Assembly (NCBI GenBank): GCA_951406725.2
Contig: OX597815.1
Coordinates: 90,644,001-90,708,000 of the forward strand
DNA length: 64,000 bases
Origin: Octopus vulgaris
Lineage: Eukaryota
Direction of reading: 5' to 3'
The translations under genes were made by a program, and so were the position numbers. Numbering within the stretch: the stretch's first letter is position 1; every line of letters starts with the position of its first letter. Below the pieces are notes generated by a model. The model made no database searches and had not been told where the DNA came from. It worked only from the letters and a program-made list of their open reading frames with translations. This document shows, piece by piece, positions 1 through 13,176 of this stretch.

Positions 1-640
1 CGTTCCATTGTCTTGTCAACATGTGAGGTCAGAGAGATGGGCCTGTAGTTTTTAGCATCTGCTGTGCTCCCGCCTTTATGGACAGGACATATTATTCCCT
101 CTTATAGCATGTTTGGAAGTTTACTACATGCAAGAAAACTCTGAAATAGTATCTGCAGTGGCTTTGCAAGAGCCTTTTTACATGTATTTAAGGGAACAGC
201 CAGACGTTCATCTGGGCCTGTTGCTGAGTTTGAGTTCATCTCATCAATGGCCGATATTACATCCTCTTCTGCTGTGTTGATGTAATTGATGGTTGTATAT
301 TTTCGGAATAGATTCGTTACATTGAAAAACACCTTCGGCTTGTTTATTTGCATATTTCCGGTGGAGAAGTGAAAACACTTCCGAATTGTTTATTTAGTGC
401 TTCACTTATCTTCCCCGGGTCAGCAGTTAGTGAGCTGTTTTTACCAAATAGTGACCATATATTATAGCGTACTGAGGGAGACCCATCTGCCAACGTGTAG
501 AAGGCTTTAGGATTTCCTTTTATATTTCTATCTTCTCTTTCTTTTTCATGCGAGATTTTTGAGTTTATTTTCTGTCTCGAAGATTTCCTCTGTCAGGTGA
601 GATTTCACACTGTCATTAAGGTGTTTGTTTAAACCGTTTG
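1..640 (-). mobile_element. CR1/L2-like LINE fragment (pre-RT/RT N-terminal region), degraded
   Basis: Minus strand translates to ...SATGPDE...KALAKPLQILFQSFL... and GIICPVHKGGSTADAKNYRPISLTSHVDKTMER, typical LINE RT-proximal motifs; a stop interrupts the frame. Similar to 48120-48420. Confidence 0.85.
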
Positions 641-650
641 AGATCTTTTT

Positions 651-685
<35 letters not shown>

Positions 686-1438
686 CGTTGTCATAAATAT
701 TTGATGGTAGTTCGTTGGTTTGCAAAATTTTGTTTTAGTTTTCCCAGTAGGAAAATCTATCTCCAAATTTCTCTTTATTTAATTCTGTATAGATCAGTTA
801 AACCTATAGATAGAGAGACTCATATGATCGACTGGTTCTCTACTTTTCAATTCTACTACGTGTGTATATGAATTTTTTTTTAATGTTACATAAAGAGCAA
901 TGGGTTAAACAGAGATTGCAAAGTAAGATATACAATGTTTTACAGCATTTAGTTTCGTATTTTTCAGTTATAAACATCAAATCCTTCTGTAGATGAATTT
1001 CTCTTTCATCCACATTTCGTATAAAAAATCCATCAGCACTGATATACTAATGTTGATTTAATCGACTATACCCTTCCGATAGAGATATTACCTTTTAACT
1101 AGACAAACACAGATCAATATTTACACAGTAAAAAATCCAGTACTTATAGAGAATGAAATAGAAAGGAAACTGAAAAAAATATATATAAACCTTGACAGTG
1201 TCTGAATAAAATAGCAAAAAAAAAATTAAGCGAAGATAGAAAAAAACAATTGATCTTTGGATAGGGAAAGCGTGAAGTCAAATATTACGTACACTTAAAC
1301 TTAAAAATTTAAATAGCACACACTCAAACACACACATACGTGTAGACATACACTAGCCCACTCACACACACACATATATAAATATATACATACATGCAGA
1401 CATACATATATACATACATGCACACATACATAGAGACA

Positions 1439-1715
<277 letters not shown>

Positions 1716-2623
1716 GCGTATGTGTGACTATATGTTGTCATACCTAGGTCAACTTTTGTGTCGGATGTCGATACGATAAAAAGGGTCAAACTGAATATTT
1801 CTTTTCTGTCACATTCCGCAGTTTAATTGTTCTTCACATGAAGCGGTAATGAGTTCCTTCAATCGCATAACCAATCTTTATATCAATACAAATGAAAAAT
1901 AAATTGCACTAATTTATACAATCGACCTGAAGGCAGTTATTTTCCTTCACATTGACATTTATAGCTACTAAAACTATCAAAGAACAAAATCAATATTGTT
2001 CATAAGTTTAGTAGACACTAAATTGGACATACTTCACTGGTGCATTATGTTTTTATAAAGACAAAGCTTTCCTTCCTCTAAACATTAAAACATGAATTGA
2101 AAAATTTCACACAATTTCACGCGACACTTGTTTGTTTAGAAATATAAATTTGCTTTGATGTCAAAGAACTTTAGCAATCATTATTTGATATACAGGTTTA
2201 ACAGTAAGTATATTATCTCACTGGTTTCTTGATCGGTATTACATTCAAACTAAAATAGATATTACTATAGTCTTTGCACTAGATTAACAGCAATTTATTT
2301 ACCAGTCACGCCACTCATCTGCTAAATTTAGTGTAAACTGTTTAAACAAGTAGCCTTTTTCTTTATGAATGAAATCTTTGTAAATTTCCTGAAGAATTTG
2401 TAATGAATTCTTTGGTCTAGTTTGATTTATGTACTCCGAGGAAAAACGGTCACTATTATATTTCCGGATATATACGGGTAAAATTCTATTGTCTATTAAT
2501 AGCAGTCCCTTAAATCTTTGTACTAATATGAGTAATCAATAATGTATAAAATCGTTGTTGTAAATATTTAGTTTCATGTTATCGTTTAGATCTCGCGTAT
2601 GATAATTCACACAACACATTTAC

Positions 2624-3138
2624 ATGAACTCATCCATAAATCCATCCCTAACGCACACAGCATACGTGACGACGATCGCGAAATATACTCGTCGCCCATT
2701 TTGAAACAGTTTATTGCCTCGTAGGAATCGAATCAATTTCATACTGAAGCAAACCATAATGGTGGTTTCTTTTTCCTTTCTTTCCTGTATGTTTCGGTGA
2801 CTCCACAAAAAATGTCACAGTAGTTGCCATTACAGAGGACAGAGATAAATTGCATGCATCATAAGTTCTTGACTCAAAAATAAAATTCTGTAAATGTTGC
2901 TGTTGTTGTTGTTCATCTCCGAGTCTGCCCTGGTCGGCCAGAACCATGGCCAAAATTATTCTAGACTAGACCAGCGTTTTTCTTTTTCTTTTTCTTTTTT
3001 CTTTTTTTTTGTAATTATGTTTCGAAAATAGAATATCCCAGATTTCTCTATGCCAGATAACAGAGACTAATTTGAGAGAACAATGTAACTATCTGGGTTG
3101 AGTGAGACCAGATAGTGTTTATTTCTTTCGCTCGCCAC
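2624..3138 (-). other. Candidate host-gene exon (5' UTR plus coding start), unverified
   Basis: Repeat-free stretch bounded on the minus strand by an acceptor-like ttttacag|G (exon start 3138) and a donor-like AT|gtaaat (exon end 2624). Contains a strong Kozak GCCATGG (ATG at 2947) and two overlapping ORFs (2711-2953, 2620-2808). Confidence 0.3.
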
Positions 3139-3690
3139 CTGTAAAAGTATGTTAAAAATGTCAGATGGGTTTATTGTATAAACAAGTAGCGTCAGTTCTT
3201 TGAAGGGAACCGTTCTTGAACGGAAAAAAGTGGTAAGTAAAGATATTTGGCAGTGATGTTAACTCATTTCCCCAAACACCCGTAGCAGATTGATTCTTTC
3301 TTTTTCAATAAACACAGTATATAAACATTTAATACCGTCGGGTTTTTTTTCTTACCGACGACGAAGCAATCTAAACTAATGACTTAGAATATAATAAACA
3401 GATGTGAGTTATTACGATATATGTTTTCGAATTTTTGATGGATTGATATTAAGCGATGCCATCAATCCATGAAATTCACTGTAAATATATTTTATCAACT
3501 CCGGAGGGAGGGAAGACAAGTTGATCCTAGGAGATTTTTTAACTAAAAACATAGTGAGTCGGAAGAAATACGCAAAACTATTTGACCAAAGCTATAGCAA
3601 TTCTGTGCAGCTTGCTATCCTCCGTGAGATATATGACAAAGTTTATAAAAATATGATATAAGAGATGAAGTTGTACTGCCTTCCTAGAGT

Positions 3691-3773
<83 letters not shown>

Positions 3774-3837
3774 TGTGTAGGTATGTATATATATATATAT
3801 ATATATATGTTGTCCATGTTGTATTTTTCTACATACC

Positions 3838-3906
<69 letters not shown>

Positions 3907-4587
3907 TGGCTAAACTGGCAAAATGACCATTCCTAAATACAACAATATACATACATACATACATATAAACGTATACCCATGTATAAATGAATTATTGCTT
4001 CGGAATAGGACTGTAAAATTTTGTGAATGTTGTATATAATAGACAAATGTAAACAACTACGCTTAGCATACGATAACATTGTAAAGAGTAAAAGAGGGAT
4101 TAGCCAGAATAGTTCTAATATGGCTACCATCAATGAGTAATTACCGTCTTTAATTATGCAGGCATACACAGCTTATGAACCTAATATTACAAAGATTTAA
4201 GTAAATCGGATATCGATGAGATCGAACTGCATACTTAACAGAGTGGTGGTTGCTATTTCAATGAATAAATTACTAAGGTATACATCGTGTTTTACTTTAA
4301 TGCTATACTGAACTGCAGGATTTGTTGATTTAGTAAAAACTGTATGTAACTGAGTGACGCAAATGTCACGTCTGTGTTTACAAAACCTGTGTGGCTAAGA
4401 AAAGCAGGATTAAACAGATTAAATCCAATCCCATGCTCAGATTTTAACCGTGAGTGCTATTTGGGCTAAAATCTATTGATGCATTTGAAGCAGGTAATTA
4501 GCATTGAAACGAAACATTGTCAACGAACACGTAATTTATTTATTAAGCCAAGAATTTGTGATATGCAAATTTAACTCTCTCTGTCCG

Positions 4588-4622
<35 letters not shown>

Positions 4623-5062
4623 CTTTCCCTCTCTCTAATCACGCAGCTATTTGCATTACATACCACTTTTCTCACCCAATTTGGTCTGCCTTGTCCTCAA
4701 TTGATTTATCTCGCAAAATAAAAGATCCACTATACTTGGTTCAACGTACTCTGTACCTATAGAGAATTTCTCGTCAAACTGATTAATTTCTAACTGCGAT
4801 ACTCAAAGTCACTCCCATTTATTATATTTATAAGGGTACTCATCCAAGGTAAGTATATTGCATCTTTTACGAGATCGTGATGAGATGATAGAATCTGGTT
4901 CCATTTAATATAGTATGAAATTACATAATCATCATTTAGAGTCATTCCAGCATGTTAAATGACTTAACTAACCCATCAGTTATTGAAAAGATTATAATAA
5001 ATGCGAAACCAATATCTTCATTCTTGCATTCATCATATACGCCTCTGTGTGTACGCTCGCCC

Positions 5063-5092
<30 letters not shown>

Positions 5093-5098
<6 letters not shown>

Positions 5099-5501
5099 TA
5101 TATAGAAGGAGCTTCTACAGGACTAGTACTGTTTCATTCAAGAGAAATCTTCAGGAAGCTATTTAACAAGAATTGTATTAGCATTTATACATTTAGGCAG
5201 GTTTAAAGGAGTGGTGGTGGGGGACTTTTTTGGGGGTAGGCATAGCGCAAAATATCATACTTGGGGGAGTGGTCAAGGAGTCAGTGGTAAGTTAGATGAA
5301 AGAATAGATAAATAAAAAAATAAAAAAATAAAAAAATAAAAAAATAAAAAAATAATAAAATAAAAAAATAAAAAATATATATAAAAAATATATATATAAA
5401 AAATATATATATAAAAAAAGGGGGGATAGAGTTATAGGTAAATAAGGAGATTCTCACTTATACCTATACACATATGTATACGTATCTACACACATATATA
5501 T

Positions 5502-5550
<49 letters not shown>

Positions 5551-5972
5551 CACATATACATACATATCTACATACACACATACATACACCCGCCCACATA
5601 TACAAATTTATACACATGCACATGCATATACCTGTCTACACATACACACACGTATATATGCATACACTCACTCCCATGCATGCACGCATACCCACATGTG
5701 TATATATATACCCACGACCACACATACATATATACACAGAAAAATATATATTCATACGCACATACACTCATGTACACACAACACACCTAGTTCCCTATAT
5801 ACACATATTTACACCTATATATACATACACCCACATACACATATGTACATATATATATATATATATACATATACACGCATACATATATATACATGTGTGC
5901 ACATACATACACACACACATATACATACACATACACATACACATGTGTACCTATACATACCTACACTTACAC

Positions 5973-6021
<49 letters not shown>

Positions 6022-6169
6022 CCAATACAGGCCCATTCCCTAATTTTAATTTTAATATCTTCATTTATTACTTTTGTTATCTTTGATCGCTAGAGCTAAG
6101 GATCCTGGCTATGGCAGCATGTCCATTTGTCTGTCTACTAGAAGGCAAGTACTCATTCCCGCACGCACA
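5093..6169 (-). repeat. PLE terminal repeat (pLTR), sense copy; inverted partner at 9280-10362
   Basis: Reverse-complement identity checked at both ends (tttattatatagaaggagcttc... and ...actcattcccgcacgcaca). Most differences are microsatellite run lengths. Confidence 0.92.
5110..5160 (-). ncRNA. Minimal type I hammerhead ribozyme in pLTR (sense to the PLE ORF)
   Basis: Minus strand: AGCTTC-CTGAAGA-tTTCtcttGAAt-GAAA-CAG tactagtc CTG-TA-GAAGCT; stem I 6 bp; GUA cleavage triplet; palindromic ACTAGT in loop III. Confidence 0.85.
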
Positions 6170-6412
6170 CTCATTAGCACGTACATTCACCCATTCGTAC
6201 ACTCATACACATACACGTACGCACGCGTTATATTCATACATACAAACATCTACATACGTTCACGTATATACACATACGTACTCGTACCTACAGATTCGTG
6301 TCTACACTTTAGGAGGCTAGTCTATACATATACACCAATAAATATACATATATATATATATATACACATATACATACACACACACACATATACTCCTACA
6401 TACAGATACATA

Positions 6413-6476
<64 letters not shown>

Positions 6477-7201
6477 CATACACATACACACATATATATA
6501 TACACACACATACATACACATATATATACATACACAAACATATATACACACATATATATATATATACACACATACACACACATACATACATATACACACA
6601 AACACATACATACGTATACATACATACATACATCCATACATCCATACTTACATGCATTTATACGCATACACACACCCATCTATATATATATATATATATA
6701 TATACACACTCACACATACATATACAAATATACGCACACACATACATACATACACGTATACACATACACGCACATACACATATACATGCGTACCCATACA
6801 CGTGCACACACGCACGCGCATCCATATATATACACACACACACATATATACACGTGTGCAAGCATACATACATACTCATACACGCACACATACTTACATA
6901 TACATATATGCACACACTTACACACATATATACATACACATATACATGCATACATACATATATGCATACATACACATACACGCACATACACATATACATG
7001 CGTACCCATACACGTGCACACACGCACGCGCATCCATATATATACACACACACACATATATATACACGTGTGCAAGCATACATACATACTCATACATGCA
7101 CACATACTTACATATACATATATGCACACACTTACACACATATATACATACACATATACATGCATACATACATATATGCATACATACACACACGCGCACT
7201 C

Positions 7202-7234
<33 letters not shown>

Positions 7235-7393
7235 TACACATACATATACATACACATATACATATCCATACACATACACATACATACATATATATACACA
7301 TATATACACATATACACATACATATATACACATATACATACATATACACACACACATACATATATACATATACACTGATACACATACCCATAC

Positions 7394-7428
<35 letters not shown>

Positions 7429-7511
7429 TATACACATGCATATACTTATATCTCTACATACTCACATATAAACATATATATATATACACACATATATATA
7501 TACATGTACAT

Positions 7512-7578
<67 letters not shown>

Positions 7579-7878
7579 TACATATACACATATACATGTA
7601 TACATACGCAATAATGATACACATATATACACATACACACACACAGACAGATGCATATACATACATATATATATAAATTACATATCTATATAAATACATA
7701 CATAATACACATATACACACACATATATATACATGCATATACATATACAAATATACATACACATACATACACACACACGCGCACACATACATATACACAC
7801 ACACATATACAAATACATACATACACACATACACACACACACATATATACATACATGTACACATATACATATATATAT
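6170..7878. repeat. Compound (TA)/(CA) microsatellite-like region inside the PLE 3' region, with a ~212-bp tandem duplication (about 6763-7190)
   Basis: tatacatgcgtacccatacacgtgcac occurs at 6781 and again at 6993. Confidence 0.85.
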
Positions 7879-8214
7879 ATCAACAAGGGAGGGTAAAGTT
7901 AATTAGTTATTAATCAATTTCACCAAGTATTCAGTATGTAAAGGGACCATTATTATTTTGAGTAAACAATGTTAGAGGGAAAAAAATTATCTAAGTAGTG
8001 GGAGAGGCTAAAAAACTTTATTGGCTGCTATTTCTAGAAAGTTTAGTATGTGGCAAAGTAATTTATTTTATTTTACTAAGCCCTAATTATATAATATTTT
8101 ATACATACATACACATACATAAACACATACATTTACACATACATATGCATATACGTATATACACATATACATACAAACACATATACATATATACACACAC
8201 ACACACATACAAGC

Positions 8215-8253
<39 letters not shown>

Positions 8254-8483
8254 AATATATATACATATATATATTTTTACATGCATACATACACACACAC
8301 ACACATAATACATGCGTATATTCCTACTGTACCCATGCATTTCTATACATATATACATACATACGATACACATATACAAGCGTGCACATACAATATGTGA
8401 AAGGCCTTAGGAGAAAAGGTAATCGGGGGTGCTAGGGGAACAGTGGGGTGGGGTGGGGGGTTGTTGGGGGGGGGGGGGTGTCA

Positions 8484-9338
8484 TCAATCAGGTTGCCAGG
8501 TAGGTCTATAGTTCTTGTAGTTCGCATACTTCTTATGCATGCAATTTGGGGAGTGTTCTGAAAATTTGTTAAGGAGAGGGCCTTTGGCGAACAAGATCTC
8601 TAGGCTCTCTGATATGCATAGGTCACAGCAGGTATGTCCTCCTGTGTACGAGCGCGCCTTCTGTAGTAGTTTCCACTTGGTCTTGAAGGGGATTGAGTTC
8701 CTTTTAAGGTACCAGATGTGGGCGGCGAGGGTAGTTTGGTTGGATTTATCCTGTCGCCGGAACGAGTGTGTGTGTGCGTACCAGCGGGTCTTAAAGCTGT
8801 TTGACGTCATTCCAATGTAGGATTTACTTTTATCGTCAAGGCCTGATCTTACCTCGCATTTGTATACTAGGTCCCTCTGTAGGCAGTTGTTGTTGAGGGG
8901 GCAGGTGGTTTTATCATGGCAGTTGCAACTGCTATCGGACGTTGGATGGGCCCCGGAGAAAGTAGATATGTTAAGTTTTTTCACATTGTTGTTGGCTAGG
9001 TTCCTGGCTAGATTGGGCGTGGTAGAGTAGGAGAGTCTAATAGTGTTCTTATTTAGGATAGTATAGTACTTATGTTGGGTGGGGAAGTGTTTCTGTAGGA
9101 GAGTGAAAAAGATCTTAGCTACAGGTGTAGCGACCTCACGGTTGAAGGGGAGGGGGTTGTACCAGCTAATGTGTCTTCGTCTATTTTTCCTGGGTTGGCG
9201 TGGGGCTATACTAGTGTAGGTAATCTTATCTTTAAAACCACTGCGGGCCAGGGCCTCGTTGTAATAGGGGGCTGCGGCCTGTGCGTGCGGGAATGAGTAC
9301 TTGCCTTCTAGTAGACAGACAAATGGACATGCTGCCAT
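8484..9338 (-). CDS. PLE C-terminal ORF: RT thumb end, linker, Cys-rich CNC..CPL..C motif and GIY-YIG endonuclease (RT core missing)
   Basis: YNEAL..SGF, RRRHISWYNP.PF, SYSTTPNL, CNCHDKTTCPLNNNC, LVYKC...YIGMT..FKTRW..H, CDLC..E, LLNK..E...CMH. The first ~19 aa derive from the inverted pLTR. Confidence 0.88.
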   Translation of the reverse strand: MAACPFVCLLEGKYSFPHAQAAAPYYNEALARSGFKDKITYTSIAPRQPRKNRRRHISWYNPLPFNREVATPVAKIFFTLLQKHFPTQHKYYTILNKNTIRLSYSTTPNLARNLANNNVKKLNISTFSGAHPTSDSSCNCHDKTTCPLNNNCLQRDLVYKCEVRSGLDDKSKSYIGMTSNSFKTRWYAHTHSFRRQDKSNQTTLAAHIWYLKRNSIPFKTKWKLLQKARSYTGGHTCCDLCISESLEILFAKGPLLNKFSEHSPNCMHKKYANYKNYRPTWQPD

Positions 9339-9427
9339 AGCCAGGATCCTTAGCTCTAGCGATCAAAGATAACAAAAGTAATAAATGAAGATAATAAAAT
9401 TAAAATTAGGGAATGGGCCTGTATTGG

Positions 9428-9468
<41 letters not shown>

Positions 9469-9892
9469 GTGTATGTGTAGGTATGTATAGGTACACATGT
9501 GTATGTGTATGTATATGTATATGTGTGTGTGTATGTATGTGCACACATGTATATATATGTATGCGTGTATATGTATATATATATATATATATATGTACAT
9601 ATGTGTATGTGGGTGTATGTATATATAGGTGTAAATATGTGTATATAGGGAACTAGGTGTGTTGTGTGTGCATGAGTGTGTGTGCGTATGAATATATATT
9701 TTTCTGTGTATATATGTATGTGTGGTCGTGGGTATATATATACACATGTGGGTATGCGTGCATGCATGGGAGTGAGTGTATGCATATATACGTGTGTGTA
9801 TGTGTAGACAGGTATATGCATGTGCATGTGTATAAATTTGTATATGTGGGCGGGTGTATGTATGTGTGTATGTAGATATGTATGTATATGTG

Positions 9893-9939
<47 letters not shown>

Positions 9940-10294
9940 ATATATATGTGTGTAGATACGTATACATATGTGTATAGGTATAAGTGAGAATCTCCTTATT
10001 TACCTATAACTCTATCCCCCCTTTTTTTTATATATATATTTTTTATATATATATTTTTTATATATATTTTTTATTTTTTTATTTTTTTATTTTTTTATTT
10101 TTTTATTTTTTTATTTTATTTTTTTATTTTTTTATTTTTTTATTTATCTATTCTTTCATTTAACTTACCACTGACTCCTTGACCACTCCCCCAAGTATGA
10201 TATTTTGCGCTATGCCTACCCCCAAAAAAGTCCCCCACCACCACTCCTTTAAACCTGCCTAAATGTATAAATGCTAATACAATTCTTGTTAAAT

Positions 10295-10345
10295 AGCTTC
10301 CTGAAGATTTCTCTTGAATGAAACAGTACTAGTCCTGTAGAAGCT
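10295..10345 (+). ncRNA. Minimal type I hammerhead ribozyme, copy in the inverted pLTR
   Basis: AGCTTC (10295-10300), CTGAAGA (10301-10307), GAAA (10320-10323), CAG/CTG stem III, TA, GAAGCT (10340-10345). Confidence 0.85.
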
Positions 10346-10431
10346 CCTTCTATATAATAAATTAATTTTACTCTGCTATGTATTGAGTACCTTACTTACT
10401 GTGGTTAACCCCGAATCAACCCGGGACCTAC

Positions 10432-10494
<63 letters not shown>

Positions 10495-10511
10495 TACACA
10501 CACATTTACAT

Positions 10512-10674
10512 AGGCGTGGCTGTGTGGTAAGAAGTTTGCTTCCCAATTACATGGTTCAGGGTTCAGTCTGACTGCGTAGCATCTTACGCAAGTGTCTTCT
10601 AATACAGCTTCGAGCAAACAAACCAAAGCCTTGTGAGTCGATTTAGTAGACAGAAAGTGAAAGTAGCTCGTGTC
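10512..10674 (+). mobile_element. tRNA-derived SINE with CORE-like segment (family A), partial
   Basis: A-box-like GTGGCTGTGTGGTAAG, B-box-like GGGTTCAGTC, then gcaagtgtcttct. Same family at 24961, 25403, 37735 and 41590. Confidence 0.75.
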
Positions 10675-10705
<31 letters not shown>

Positions 10706-10707
10706 GA

Positions 10708-10925
10708 TGGCAGAGACGTTATCGCGCCGGGCAGAATGCTTAGCGGTATTTCGTATGTCGTTACGCTCAGAGTTCAAATTCCGCCGAGGTCAACTTTACC
10801 TTTCATCCTTTCGGGGTCGATAAATTAAGTACCAGCTATGCACTGGGATCGATGTAATCGACTTAATCTCTCTGTCTGTCCTTGTTTGTCCCCTCAACGC
10901 TTACCCCCTTGTGGGCAATAAAAGA
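10708..10925 (+). mobile_element. SINE family B
   Basis: gagttcaaattccgccgaggtc...tttcatcctttcggggtcgataaattaagtaccag. Homologous copies on the minus strand at 15517-15625, 16835-17035 and 49343-49561. Confidence 0.75.
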
Positions 10926-10926
10926 A

Positions 10927-10982
<56 letters not shown>

Positions 10983-11907
10983 CATATGATATAATTAATA
11001 GCAACGGAAGCAGTATTAATATCAATATGTAATCTTCATTTCCAACTTCACGTGGGGATCCTCTCAAAGAAAATAATGCCGTGTTGTTCAGTCTACAAAT
11101 ACACCAGCCACGTTCAGTTGGAGATCAATGCTGCATTTTGATATTAATACCACTTTTGTTGGTCTTAATTATTTTTTAATAAGGCCACTGGCTATGTACG
11201 ACACCAGTGTCTGACATGATACTGAGACTCTATATGTGGTTGACGGTAGATTCGGCAACTAACGCTCTGCTGTACATCTGTCACGGGGAAACGCATAGCA
11301 GGGTGAAATCACGTGACATGGTTCTTTCGGTGGCTGTAGCAGACAGTTCCTGTCAGCAAACGATTTAATTTGCAGTGCTCTTATGCAACACGACTCCTTA
11401 TGAGAGATAAAACACACTCAAGATAAAGTAACTCCAACACAACCTCCATGTTAAGGTGGATGTCAACATTACCTCATAATATATATATATATATATATAT
11501 ATATACACGAATGGAAGAATGAAAAGAAGTTGCTCTTTCAACAGGGATGCATTTCATCCAAGCGTTTAGCTCCATATCAATCAATTTTCCTCCAAATTGT
11601 TAATTTGTGTTATAGATATTTTAATCTATCCAATATAGGAGAACAGAATTTTAGTAATATAATATTTAAAAAACTGTAAGGAACTCGCCATCTTTTAGGA
11701 TGTAAATGAATTTATGTTTATACTACGCTGAAGAAAATTTTACCTTTTAAATTCATGAAGCAATGTTGTTGTAGAATATGAACGAATGTAGGTATTGAAA
11801 CATTCGTAGGCGACATAAATGTCACTACTATTATGTAAATAAATTGATTCTCTGTCTTCACACACTCCATTTCTTTATATTACACACACGCACACATACG
11901 CACACAC

Positions 11908-12051
<144 letters not shown>

Positions 12052-12131
12052 TTGGAAACATGCTTGCATGAATACACATATACCTACATACGAAATGTAC
12101 ACATAGATAGATAGATAGATAGATAGATAGT

Positions 12132-12234
<103 letters not shown>

Positions 12235-12301
12235 ATAGATCCTGGTTTACATATGAATGTCACTATATTCCAAGGGATTTACAATTTACTGTTTGGTGAT
12301 G

Positions 12302-12335
<34 letters not shown>

Positions 12336-12445
12336 AATATTCAAAATAAATGGTCCTTTTACATACTGAAACATACTTAAATGGTCCTTTTACATACTGA
12401 ACACTTGGTGAAATTGATTAATTAATTAATTTTACCCTCAATTGT

Positions 12446-12484
<39 letters not shown>

Positions 12485-12490
<6 letters not shown>

Positions 12491-13176
12491 GTGACCACTC
12501 TCTTATATTTATTTTGTAAAAATATTATAATATATTATAAAACATTATAATAATCCAGGTTTCTCGGAGCACTAGGCCACTTGGTGTTGAATAGATATAC
12601 TATTAAATTAGTATCTAATTCTCTCACCCTTATTAATTAATTATAATTATGCTACATTTATTTCTAAATGCAGTATTTGTTTTCCGTGAAAGTTTGGCGC
12701 GCTGTTAGTAGGGGCATTTGAATTATAACGTCGGATGTAATCAATTGAACCACACGTGTATTTATCGTTATGGTAAAATCTGGCGTGTGATTGAGTGGAT
12801 TTCATCCAGATAGTTTTGGCTGAGGAGCTACAAGTGGATTTTTTTGTAAGTAAAATTACATTTAATTCATTAATAGCGAAACAATTGTCCCAAAATAATC
12901 TGTATTTTTGTTATTTTTTATTTGCCCTGTCCGTGTGAGCTAACAATCGTACTGACTTTCATGGGAAACATGTATTTTTGTGGTCGAAACCTTTTGGATT
13001 AACTAGTGCTAGAGTGAGCCATATAGTGACCACTCTCTTATATTTATTTTGTAAAAATATTATAATATATTATAAAATATTATAATAATCCAGGTTTCTC
13101 GGAGCACTAGGCCACTTGGTGTTGAATAGATATACTATTAAATTAGTATCTAATTCTCTCACCCTTATTAATTAAT

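Larger units (their letters stand above)
5093..10410 (-). mobile_element. Penelope-like retroelement (Neptune-like), 5'-truncated, with inverted pLTR and tail, inserted in (TA)n
   Basis: GIY-YIG ORF on the minus strand; 5093-6169 is a near-perfect inverted copy of 9280-10362; extra tail to about 10410; (TA)n on both flanks; hammerhead motif in both repeats. Confidence 0.9.

Noticed and set aside
3905-3947. Short motif also present inverted at 41477-41518
   Set aside because: Small fragment of an interspersed repeat; too far apart and too short to define an element.
5474-8435. Many long ORFs (up to 434 aa) rich in Y/I/H/T or C/V/M
   Set aside because: Translations of TA/CA microsatellites that lack stop codons; open in nearly all frames on both strands.
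12945-12980. Second hammerhead-like string CTGACTTTCATGGGAAACATGTA in the 535-bp unit
   Set aside because: The core is not CUGANGA and there is no convincing stem I.
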